Of a stretch of DNA of 64,000 nucleotides, positions 1-12,100 are shown one piece after another. Made by a program: the position numbers and the translations under genes. Source of the DNA: Macrostomum lignano. Its lineage: Eukaryota. The stretch's first letter is position 1. Each line of letters starts with the position of its first letter. The notes beneath the pieces were generated by a model. It had not been told where the DNA came from and made no database searches. It saw nothing but the letters and a program-made list of their open reading frames with translations. The stretch lies in NCBI GenBank assembly GCA_002269645.1, contig NIVC01002829.1, positions 1-64,000 on the forward strand. The letters are read 5' to 3'.

Positions 1-3000
1 AGGTCAGAGAGCTTCGTTGAAAAAGCTCTTATGAGGCAAACTATAATAGCTGAAGCCTAGAACAGAAAATCAGATGTCGAACGTTCCATATTAAGTAATT
101 TTGACTTTGAGTAGTTAATATGGTTATGAAATACTCAAGAAGTAAGTAAGTTTTTTGGACAGTCTACGACGCTCGTATAACTATATTTTCCATCAGAGAC
201 CGTGATAAAATTCAAGCAATTATGAACAGAATAGCTAGTAGACTATGATTAGGTAATAGTAGCCAATAGTAATAGCTAGTTAGTTGTAATACATTCGATC
301 TAAATCAAAAAATAAAACGCGACTCAATTGATTGCAGATTTTTCGAATAATACTAACACTATGCTATTGTTAAAAAGCAACTATAACTCACTTTTTTCTG
401 TTAATAAAAACAGAGAAACTAAAGTTAATCTGAAAAATATATATTAAAAGAACTAAAGTGTCATTATTTTTTATAAAAGTGCATAGCTGCTCTAGCGTAT
501 GATATATTTTGTTTTATTATTGCTGAAATAAAACGCAACAGTTTAAATTCCAACATTTAAAAAAAAGATCACAGGTACTAACTACTCCCACTGAGGCTTT
601 TTTTCATATTACCAATTCCAGAATCAGAATCGGTTCGGATCTTCCAAGAAAAACAGCAGTATAACTATTTAATTCTTTTTAATGTTTGACTGCCTTAGCA
701 ACCTCACTTAGCACAATTTTTCACTTTCTTCTTGGCGATTGTCATTCAATAATAAAAACTTTATAGCAGGTATCTCCCTCTAGTTATGGAGACAAAAAGT
801 TATACTTTACAAATTGGTTCTGGTTCTGGAACCAGAACAAGCAATATGAAAAGGCCCATGACGAAATCAGTACATACTTATTACTATTTTAAATTTAAAT
901 TATCACTTCGGTCAACAGCCAACTTTTTTGCAGTCCATAATTTTTTTCCATGTGTGTTAAGATGATTTTCTTGCTAATCTATTTATGTTTAATTCTTTAT
1001 AAATATAGCCCTAGAGTAGAATCTGGGTTTTTAAGGTTTGAAATCCTTGCCAACTGGTCCTTGGGGCTCAAAATCCAGTTGCCAATGGCTATTTTTGGTT
1101 GCCCATCATTGGCAACTAGCCAAATTCTTAAGGATGGATATTTCCAAGGCTGCATTTAAAAAGCAGAAATTTGTTCTCCGAACTCTAAGATTCTATCTAT
1201 ACTGCAAGCAAGAACAAACTAACAATTCCATTATATCAATTCATAAGGTACTTCTATTGCACTTGCAAAAAATCATTTTTTGAAATTGGCAATCGGCATC
1301 GGGAAAATGAAGTCACCACAACACCAGATTGGCTTCTGATGCCAAAAATCCAGTTGCTAATCAGATTTTCAAGGGGCAAAAAACCCCAAATGGCCTAAAA
1401 AACCAGAGTAAAATTTATTTTAAAACTAAACTAGGCTTTTATTTATAACTTAGACAAGGCCATGCTTTTTTAAATTTAATAGATATATTTCCTAGAAGCT
1501 CTTGTCACACAAATTGACTTTTCAAATTTGTAAATATATAATAGTATTAATAGGCCCTATATAGTTTCAGCAAGTCTGAAATAAATTGTCGTCCAGTCTA
1601 GATTACAGAATCTTTGGTATTATTCTTGAATCTTGAATCATTTGTTAAACTATTTTTTAATGTTTTTTAATGTTTTTTTATTTTAGGTTTGTGGAAAATG
1701 CAAGAAACAATTAAACAACTAATTAGAAATAGTGATATAAATGAGTGTCAATACTTATATCAAAACTTAGCAAAAGTAATAATGCCAATCGGCAATCAAG
1801 TACCTCATATGGCCAAAAGCATTGATAGGTAAAGTCAGTACCAAAGAAATTCCTCCAGATATATGGCAAATAGGCCTAGCTTGCATCACTAGTTCTATGC
1901 ATACAGCATATGCATAAATTTTGCCAAGCAAGTATTTAGTGATCATATAGTATTCTACAAAGACAATATTCATCTTTTGATATGTTATGTCTTTCTTATT
2001 GCTTTATCAATATTTATAAAACTTTTCATTTAGAAAATTAGGATTCTATATTAATTTTTTTCTTTTACATATATTTCTTATATTTAAAAATCATAAAAAT
2101 GCATTGCGCAGCTCTAATCTTTGGTTTTTGAATCTATTTTATCATTTCTACTACACATATTTGTTAGCTAAGAATAACAAAATAGAATCATAAAGTCAAA
2201 GAGCTGAGCTAGAGCCTATGTCATTTTATTAGTTTTTAGGCATAAGACATGTGAAAACGTATATAGAATAAAAAATGAATATTATAATCCTAATTTTCTA
2301 AATGGAAAGCTTTATAAATATTGATAAAGAAATAAGAAAGGCACAACATACATCAAAGGTGAATACTGGATCTGCCTCCAATCAAATTCAATAATAGTAT
2401 TTGTGCTAAAAAGGAAAACTTCCTATCTCCATAGTGTTTTTTGGAAAAACCTGCCTTCAAAATTTTTCAAAGAAACAAGATTTTTTGTCCTTTTACTTAA
2501 GTCATCCTTGTATCTACCATGCTCTTCCCTACAAACAATCCCAACCATTAATTTATCACAGATATTTCAGCTAACCGGTATCATTATGTTGTTATAAATA
2601 CAAGTTCATCTTGTAGCCTGGACCCTTCATTTCTTTTCTAACCCCACTAATCACTTATATTATTAGTTAAATAGTAACTTTGACAACATGATTCCTGCAT
2701 TTTTGCACCAATCTACAATAAAAAACTTCAAAACTTCAAATTGTTAGAAATTAGTAAGAATTGCTATAGATAGAAAAAATGCTAAAAAACAAAATTGTTA
2801 ATTTTACTATTTTAATAGCTTGGGGGAGGTCCAGAAATGCTAAAATCAGCTTCTTAAGTGGAGAAAATGTGAAAAACATTGAAAAATAGGTCAATGAACG
2901 ATTCGAGAAGAATGCCAAATATCTGCTTATAGTTATAGGGCCTAGTTTTATTATATAAGAATATATATAACATATGGAATATATTGAATATAGGAAATAT

Positions 3001-4199
3001 TTTTAATATTTGTATGATATAACAATGTTAGTATTTTTAAATGCAATTTTCTAAGAAACTATAATAAAAGTTGAGGCCTATTATATACCATACTCCTAGT
3101 ATGACTATATCCATAGTCAGAATATTAGAAAAAAGAAAATGAAATAAATATATAAATAGCTTTTAAGATCAATTTTATTAACCTTTTATAATATAACTCC
3201 TAGTCCTAGGTCCAAACTTAGAATTCCAAATAGAAAACTAAGATGCCAAATAATAAAAATAAAATATTTTGTTAGACTCAGCTTATCAAATCCATTGTAA
3301 GACAACATCATAAGATATATTTCAAAGCTTGAGCATAAATATAGGCTATATAATTAGCAGTGTCTAAGGTGCTAGTATCAAGGGATTTAAAGAATTTAGG
3401 TTTCATATATTAATATAATGCAAGACAATATGACAAAATCAATTTTTAGATATAAATATATTATATTTTTATGCAAAATAAGATTTTGCCATAAGGGGAT
3501 CTATGCCTTGTCCCTATTAGGATAGAATAAGTGTAGAAAATGTGCAGACAAGCAACATGGGGTCTAAAATTGTAGCTCAAAATGTGACACAACATAGAAT
3601 ATATTAACTTTTACAGTGAATATAGGCATAGTACTAATTAGATGATAATGCATTTAGTTTTAATAAGACAATCATAGTTACTCTTGCCATTTAATAATCA
3701 CTACATTTTGTGGCAACATTACTTGCTTTGATTCTAGCCACAATGCGACAATGGAAATTCCAAAATTGCAATGGATATTTGGACACCTTTGTTCACTTAT
3801 TCCAATAGGGTGCCCTATAGCCGTAGCTATAAGCAAAACTATGACTTATTCAATTTTTTTTATTCTGTAGCCATAGGGACCCCAATATAATTATATTCTC
3901 ATAGTTCCTGTAGCCATAGCCATAGTTTTAACAAAAAGTCTAAGAAATAAAATACTTTGAATTAGGAAGATAACCCAATTCTTAAATGATTACAAATTAA
4001 GGTAGAAACTATAACAAACACTCAATTGCCTTTAGTAATATAATAACATTCCCATCTATCTACTATTGAAAATCAATTGATACTGGATAAATTGAACTTT
4101 TTTACATTAATAAAAATTAGAATTTGCTAATGATTTATTGTATTATATCAGGTATAATGTAAAAGTTTTTAAATCAATGATATCCATATACTAAAAATG

Positions 4200-4270
4200 G
4201 TCTGTCGGTATATGTGTGTGTGTGTGATCGATTTTAGCAAAAACGGCTCAACCGATTTTCTTCGAATTTG
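4200..4270 (+). mobile_element. Possible Helentron/HINE (DINE-1-like) non-autonomous element fragment
   Basis: A (GT)n run followed by AAAAACGGCTCAACCGATTTT, a motif arrangement recalled from HINE-type elements. Not verified against any database. Confidence 0.3.
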
Positions 4271-4804
4271 CACCATTCGATCAGAAATTTTTCCGTGACG
4301 GTACATGCATCTTGGCTAAGAAATTGCTCAATATTAAAGGGATTAAATATTCGAAAAACATGCTTTTTTGCAAAGGTCAAGCAGCTCTTTCGACTTGAAA
4401 TGCATTGTAAGAATGCTAGCAGAAAAACTGACTGGTTGAATTCTGATTCTGAAATAGATTGCATCATAACTGAATTGTAACTCCAACTTGAATTGAAAAT
4501 GCAGTGTGGAAGCGTAGCACCAGACTTGATTTAAATTGCGTAACCATATTGTTAACTGATACTGACTGACTGAAAAACTGATTATGTCATAACTGCTTCG
4601 TGTGATTTACTCTATGCTTGGATTTTAAAGTGTTGAATTATATAAGTGCAAAATTTGATGATATCAAAACGATGAGAGCTAGCCTAGAGGTAAACAAACT
4701 GAACTGCTAAATGCAGTTTGGTTCGAATTGGTTCGAATTTTCATAGAGTATAATTTTTTTAATTATAGCTTTTCAACGTCAGGAAAACTAAAAGACTTTT
4801 TAAA

Positions 4805-6620
4805 AAGAAGCGTCATGTAAACAATCATAGAAGCGCCATGTAGAAAATCGTAGAAGCGTCATTTAAAAATCATAGAAGCGTCATTTAAAAAATCATAGAA
4901 GCGTCATGTAAAAAATCATAGAAGCGTCATGTAAAAAATCGTAGAAGCGTCATTTAAAAATCATAGAAGCGCCATGTAAACAATCATAGAAGCGCCATAT
5001 AAACCATCATAGAAGCGTCATGTAAACAATCATAGAAGCGTTATGTAAACCATCATAGAAGCGACATGTAAACAATCATAGAAGCGCCATATAAACAATC
5101 ATAGAAGCATCATGTAAACAATCATAGAAGCGTTACGTAAACCATCATAGAAGCGACATGTAAAAAAATCATAGAAGCGTCATGTAAAAATCATAGAAGC
5201 GTCATATAAGCAATCATAGAAGCGCCATGTAAACAATCATAGAAGCGTCATGTAAACAATCATAGAAGCGTCATGTAAAAATCGTAAAAGCGTAATTTAA
5301 AAATCATAGAAGCGTCATTTAAAAAAAATCATACAAGCGTCATGTAAACAATCATAGAAGCGTCATGTAAACAATCATAGAAGCGTCATGTAAACAATCA
5401 TAGAAGCGCCATATAAACCATCATAGAAGCGCCATGTAAACAATCATAGAAGCGCCATATAAACAATCATAGAAGCGTCATGTAAACAATCATAGAAGCA
5501 TTATGTAAACCATCATAGAAGCGACATGTAAAAAAATCATAGAAGCGTCATGTAAAAATCATAGAAGCGTCATATAAGCAATCATAGAAGCGCCATGTAA
5601 ACAATCATAGAAGCGTCATGTAAACAATCATAGAAGCGTCATGTAAAAATCGTAAAAGCGTCATTTAAAAATCATAGAAGCGTCATTTAAAAAAAATCAT
5701 AGAAGCATCATTTAAAAAAAATCATACAAGCGTCATGTAAACAATCATAGCAGCGTCATGTAAACAATCATAGAAGCGCCATGTAAACAATCATAGAAGC
5801 GTCATTGTAAACAATCAAAGAAGTGTCATGTAAAAAATCGTAGAAGCGTCATTTAAAAATCATAGAAGCGTCATTTAAAAAAATCATACAAGCGTCATGT
5901 AAACAATCATAGAAGCGTCATGTAAACAATCAAAGAAGCGTCATGTAAAAAATCATAGAAGCGTCATTGTAAACAATCAAAGAAGTGTCATGTAAAAAAT
6001 CGTAGAAGCGTCATTTAAAAATCATAGACGCGTCATTTAAAAAAATCATACAAGCCTCATGTAAACAATCATAGAAGCGTCATGTAAACAATCAAAGAAG
6101 CGTCATGTAAAAAATCATAGAAGCGTCATGTTACAATCAAAGAAATGTCATGTAAAAAATCGTAGAAGCGTCATTTAAAAATCATAGAAGCGTCATTTAA
6201 AAAAAATCATACAAGCGTCATTTAAAAAAAATCATACAAGCGTCATGTAAACAATCATAGAAGCGTAATGTAAACAATCAAAGAAGCGTCATGTAAAAAC
6301 ATCATAGAAGCATCATGTAAACAATCATAGAAGCGTCATGTAAAAAATCATAGGAGGTCATGTAAACAATCATAGAAGCGTTATGTAAAAAATCATAGAA
6401 GCGTCATGTAAACAATCATAGAAGCGTCATGTAATGAATCATAGAAGCGTCATGTAAACCATCATAGAAGCGTCATGTAAACCATCATAGAAGCGTCATG
6501 TAAACAATCATAGAAGCGTCATGTAAAAACATCATAGAAGCGTCATGTAAAAAATCATAGAAGCCTTATATAAAAACTAATGAAGTGTCATTTAGGAAAT
6601 CATAGAAGTGTCATGGAAGA
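4805..6620. repeat. ~23-bp minisatellite AATCATAGAAGCGTCATGTAAAC
   Basis: Direct tandem copies with variable A-runs. Confidence 0.95.
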
Positions 6621-6997
6621 ATAAAAGAAGCGTCATGTCAGACATGAAAGAAGTGTCATGTAAAAATTAAATGAAGCTATATGCTGTCTGGGGAGAATTA
6701 CTGAGATGTCAAGGCTCACGGAGAATAACTGAGATTACGGGGGGGGGGGGTTTCTGAGATGTCAAAGCAAAAGTCAGAAGCTACTTCAAAGTACATGTAG
6801 TTTACTCAATTTTTTATTACATTCTTTGTTGGCTTGCCACGGGGGAGCTGATAGAGGAAGAGTCATGTAAAAAAGAAAAGAAGCACTATGTATACATAAA
6901 AGAAGAGTCATGTTGAAGTTAAAAGATTCATTTAGGAATTGCTACGATGTCAAGGCTTGGAGGGAATCGCTATAGTGCTGTGATTCTTGAAGAAAGA

Positions 6998-7113
6998 GGG
7001 GTCGTACTATAAAGCTGTCGTAGCGTAAGTTCGATCGTACGTCAGAACTTTTACACTGCGAAGATAGGAGCTAAGATCGATCTTATCTTACGATGGCTTT
7101 ATAGAACGGGCCC
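6998..7113. mobile_element. Short MITE-like element with imperfect terminal inverted repeats (PIF/Harbinger-like)
   Basis: Left GGGGTCGTACTATAAAGC vs reverse complement of right end GGGCCCGTTCTATAAAGC (15/18). Subterminal TCGTA/TACGA complementarity. Flanked by a 3-bp AGA direct repeat (6995-6997, 7114-7116). Confidence 0.5.
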
Positions 7114-7601
7114 AGAATCACTAAATTGTCAAGGCTTCAGGGAAAAGAGATTGCTGAGATTTCAAGGCTTTAGGTTGGGTTAAAGTTAGGTTTAGGTCAG
7201 GTTTGGGTTGAGGGTTAGATTTTACAGGGGATTCTACGGGTTTTACGGGTTTCAAGGTTAACAGGGTATTTTTCAGGTATCAAGGTTTATGGGGGGCATC
7301 GCTGACATGTCAAGGCTTACGGGGGGAATAGCTGAGATGTCAAGGCTCACGGGGGAATAAATGAGATGTCAAGGCTAAAATCAGAAGCTACATGTAGTTT
7401 ATTGAAAACTTTTTTCATTATTTGTTGGCTCCTCACGGGAGGGATCGCTGATAGAAAAAGCGTAATGTAAAAAATAAAAGAAGCTTCATGTCGAAGTTAA
7501 GAGATTCATTTGGATGTCGAGGCTTGCGGGTAATTGCTATCGCTATTCTCTCCAAGAGTGCTATAATGACTCTTAGAGAGAATTACTGAAATGTCAATGT
7601 C

Positions 7602-8150
7602 TTAGGGTTAGGTTAGGTTAGGGTTAGGGTTAGGGTTAGGGCTAGGGTTAGAAAGTTGACAGATTTTTTTAGCTTTTATGGCTTATGGAGAGCATCGCTG
7701 AGATGTCAAGGGGGAAGTTGATATGTTAAAGCTTGTAGGGGGGGGGAATTACTGACATGTCAAGGCTTCCAAGGGACTGCTTTCAAAGCAGTATATTATT
7801 GCAAAGAGATATTGCAAAGAGATGCTACATGTAGCTTATTACAAAACTTGTACATGCATTTTTTGGCTCCCCAACGCTAAGATACTAAGCTAAAAAAATA
7901 CTACTAGCACTTCACAAACTTATGCAGATGTCAGGCTGTAGGGTTAGTGTTAGCGTTGGTGTTAGGGTATAGGGTTAGGGTTAGGGTTATAGCGTTAAGA
8001 TTCGGGTTAGTGCTAGGGTTAGGGTAGCTTATAACTTAGCTCATGTAGCTTATTAAAATGTTTATCATAGAAGCGTCATCATGCAGCATCATGCAAAAAC
8101 TCATGAACAAAATATTAAATTTAGGGTTATGTTTAGGGTTAGGGTTAGGG
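7602..8150 (+). repeat. Interstitial TTAGGG telomere-type tracts (7602-7651, ~7940-8025, 8121-8150)
   Basis: Runs of GGGTTAGGGTTAGGG with variants. Confidence 0.8.
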
Positions 8151-9106
8151 CTATTAGAAGTTTGACAGGAGATTTTTGAAGATTTCAAGGCTACATGTAA
8201 CTTATTAAAAAAATGTGTATTTCATTTCTTTAGCTCCCCAACGGGGGCGTAGATTGCTAGTATAGTTTACTAAGTATCTTTGTTTCATTCTATCTATTTC
8301 TAATAGTTTTTAATTTTTTAATCTATAAATATGGCTAAGGACTATGATAATCTATAGAATGTGACTGCAACTACAATATTTCTATAGTGTTAGCTGTAAA
8401 AGCAGCTATCTACCATAGGCATATCTGTAGCTACCATAGGCACCTATTTTACCATATTTGACATAGGATCCTATAGTCATAGCTATAACTATGGTGGAAC
8501 ACTAATGCAAAACTATATTAGTAGCTAATTAAAATTTAGCAATTATGTATATATGATCTCTAAGCTATAGAAAAATGTGAAAGTTTAGGTTAGAAAATAT
8601 ATACTATTACAAAAACTACATGAAGTATCAAAATAATTGATGTTTTGTATTTTATAACAAAAAATATTCTATTATGTTGAAATAATCTATTGAAATTTTC
8701 ATAAGGCTTTTAATTTTATTATTGACAGACCTAAGTATTTAAAGAAATTTGGCTTTCTATTAATAACCCTTTTTATATATTTATATTTATAGAAAAATAG
8801 CAACAGTGGCTATTTCTATAATGTTAGTCTTCATGGATTATACAATGGCAATTTCTTGTTAAAAAAATACTAGATAATATACAAATAAGGACCACTCATT
8901 TTGACAGATAATAGTCAGAAATACTCAATATATAAGATATCAGTCTAAAACCCTATTGTAGAACATAGCTTAAATTTGTTAGGCTTACTATCTTTAAAAT
9001 TTATGGAAATATTGTCCAGAATGCAAGAATTGAAAGAACTAAACATAAACACAAGCTAGCTTGATTTATAAAAACTGCATGCACATCTGCAGAGCTGTGC
9101 TGTCCC

Positions 9107-12100
9107 ATGAGTGCCGAAAAAGCCAAGGCAGACAGGCGGCGCCAGGCTAGAGTTCAGGGCGCCTGGAACAGCGGCCCAGCCAGGCGCAGTGGCGGTGGCG
9201 TCAAGCAGACAAACAAAGTCGATGGCGGAGATGCCAGCAGTGCGCAGCAGAAACCGCAGGTGCCAGCAGCCAATCAGGAGTTTGTTTTTGATGGCAGCGT
9301 CAGCGAAGTGCTAGCTAGGGAAGCTGAGCTGGCTTCCAAGCCTGTGACCGTTGATAAGGATGGAGATTACGAGCTGAGCATTGGCAGAAACGATGTCAAA
9401 GCTGTTGTGCAGATGAGGCAAAAGTTTCTATCTGACGCTGAGAACCGGCGCCTGCTAGCTGAGCTAAATCGTTTGCCCTGGCAGCAGCGAATGGGCCTGG
9501 ATCAGGGCGGTCAGCCGTATCAGGAGCCGCGGGAGACCTGCTGGTTCGGGCGGCCCTACACATACAGCCACGTTAAATGGGAGGCTACGGATGACTCCTG
9601 GCCACAGGTGATGCTCTCGCGATTCAACTGGACTGGTTTTCTTTTAGGCTAAAATTAATTTTGGACATTTTAAAGCAATAAAAACTAACCACCTTTGCCC
9701 CAGATTCAAACAAGATTTTTTATAAGAACAGGGCTTCAACTCTTACTGAGAAACATCACTAAAGAATGAACCCTAAATTTCCAATAAGAATTAGTTCTAC
9801 CACAAAAAAGGACTCTAAGGATTTAACTGTCTTTGAGACCCGACTCTGAACTGTCCTTGAGACTCGACTCTAAACTGTCCTTGAGACTCGACTCTAAACT
9901 GTCCTTGAGACTCGACTCTGAACTGTCCTTGCGACTCGACTCTGAACTGTCCTTGAGACTCGACTCTAAACTGTCCTTGAGACTTGACTCTAAACTGTCC
10001 TTGAGACTCGACTCTAAACTGTCCTTGAGACTCGACTCTGAACTGTCCTTGCGACTCGACTCTGAACTGTCCTTGAGACTCGACTCTGAACTGTCCTTGC
10101 GACTCGACTCTGAACTGTCCTTGAGACTCGACTCTGAACTGTCCTTGCGACTCGACTCTGAACTGTCCATGAGACTTGACTCTAAACTGTCCTTGAGACT
10201 CGACTCTGAACTGTCCATGAGACTTGACTCTAAACTGTCCTTGAGACTCGACTCTGAACTGTCCTTGAGACTTGACTCTGAACTGTCCTTGCGACTCGAC
10301 TCTGAACTGTCCTTGAGACTCGACTCTAAACTGTCCTTGAGACTTGACTCTAAACTGTCCTTGAGACTCGACTCTAAACTGTCCTTGAGACTCGACTCTG
10401 AACTGTCCTTGCGACTCGACTCTGAACTGTCCTTGAGACTCGACTCTGAACTGTCCTTGCGACTCGACTCTGAACTGTCCTTGAGACTCGACTCTGAACT
10501 GTCCTTGCGACTCGACTCTGAACTGTCCTTGAGACTCGACTCTGAACTGTCCTTGCGACTCGACTCTGAACTGTCCATGAGACTCGACTCTGAACTGTCC
10601 TTGAGACTCGACTCTGAACTGTCCATGAGACTTGACTCTAAACTGTCCTTGAGACTCGACTCTGAACTGTCCTTGAGACTTGACTCTGAACTGTCCTTGC
10701 GACTCGACTCTGAACTGTCCTTGAGACTCGACTCTAAACTGTCCTTGAGACTTGACTCTAAACTGTCCTTGAGACTCGACTCTAAACTGTCCTTGAGACT
10801 CGACTCTGAACTGTCCTTGCGACTCGACTCTGAACTGTCCTTGAGACTCGACTCTGAACTGTCCTTGCGACTCGACTCTGAACTGTCCTTGAGACTCGAC
10901 TCTGAACTGTCCTTGCGACTCGACTCTGAACTGTCCATGAGACTCGACTCTGAACTGTCCATGAGACTTGACTCTAAACTGTCCTTGAGACTCGACTCTG
11001 AACTGTCCATGAGACTTGACTCTAAACTGTCCTTGAGACTCGACTCTGAACTGTCCTTGAGACTTGACTCTGAACTGTCCTTGAGACTCGACTCTGAACT
11101 GTCCTTGAGACTCGACTCTAAACTGTCCTTGAGACTCGACTCTGAACTGTCCTTGAGACTCGACTCTGAACTGTCCATGAGACTTGACTCTGAACTGTCC
11201 TTGAGACTCGACTCTGAACTGTCCATGAGACTTGACTCTAAACTGTCCTTGAGACTCGACTCTGAACTGTCCTTGAGACTCGACTCTGAACTGTCCATGA
11301 GACTTGACTCTGAACTGTCCTTGAGACTCGACTCTGAACTGTCCTTGAGACTTGACTCTAAACTGTACTCTACTCTGAACTGTCCTTGAGACTCAACTCT
11401 AAACTGTCCTTGAGACTCGACTCTGAACTGTCCTTGAGACTCGACTCTGAACTGTCCTTGAGACTCGACTCTGAACTGTCCTTGAGACTCAACTCTAAAC
11501 TGTCCTTGAGACTCGACTCTAAACTGTCCTTGAGACTTGACTCTGAACTGTCCTTGCGACTCGACTCTGAACTGTCCTTGAGACTCGACTCTGAACTGTC
11601 CTTGCGACTCGACTCTGAACTGTCCATGAGACTCGACTCTGAACTGTCCATGAGACTTGACTCTAAACTGTCCTTGAGACTCGACTCTGAACTGTCCATG
11701 AGACTTGACTCTAAACTGTCCTTGAGACTCGACTCTGAACTGTCCTTGAGACTTGACTCTGAACTGTCCTTGAGACTCGACTCTGAACTGTCCTTGAGAC
11801 TCGACTCTAAACTGTCCTTGAGACTCGACTCTGAACTGTCCTTGAGACTCGACTCTGAACTGTCCATGAGACTTGACTCTGAACTGTCCTTGAGACTCGA
11901 CTCTGAACTGTCCATGAGACTTGACTCTAAACTGTCCTTGAGACTCGACTCTGAACTGTCCTTGAGACTCGACTCTGAACTGTCCATGAGACTTGACTCT
12001 GAACTGTCCTTGAGACTCGACTCTGAACTGTCCTTGAGACTTGACTCTAAACTGTACTCTACTCTGAACTGTCCTTGAGACTCAACTCTAAACTGTCCTT

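Noticed and set aside
1-4200. Small ORFs in the AT-rich left end
   Set aside because: Short, compositionally AT-biased, with no motifs or splice-supported context.
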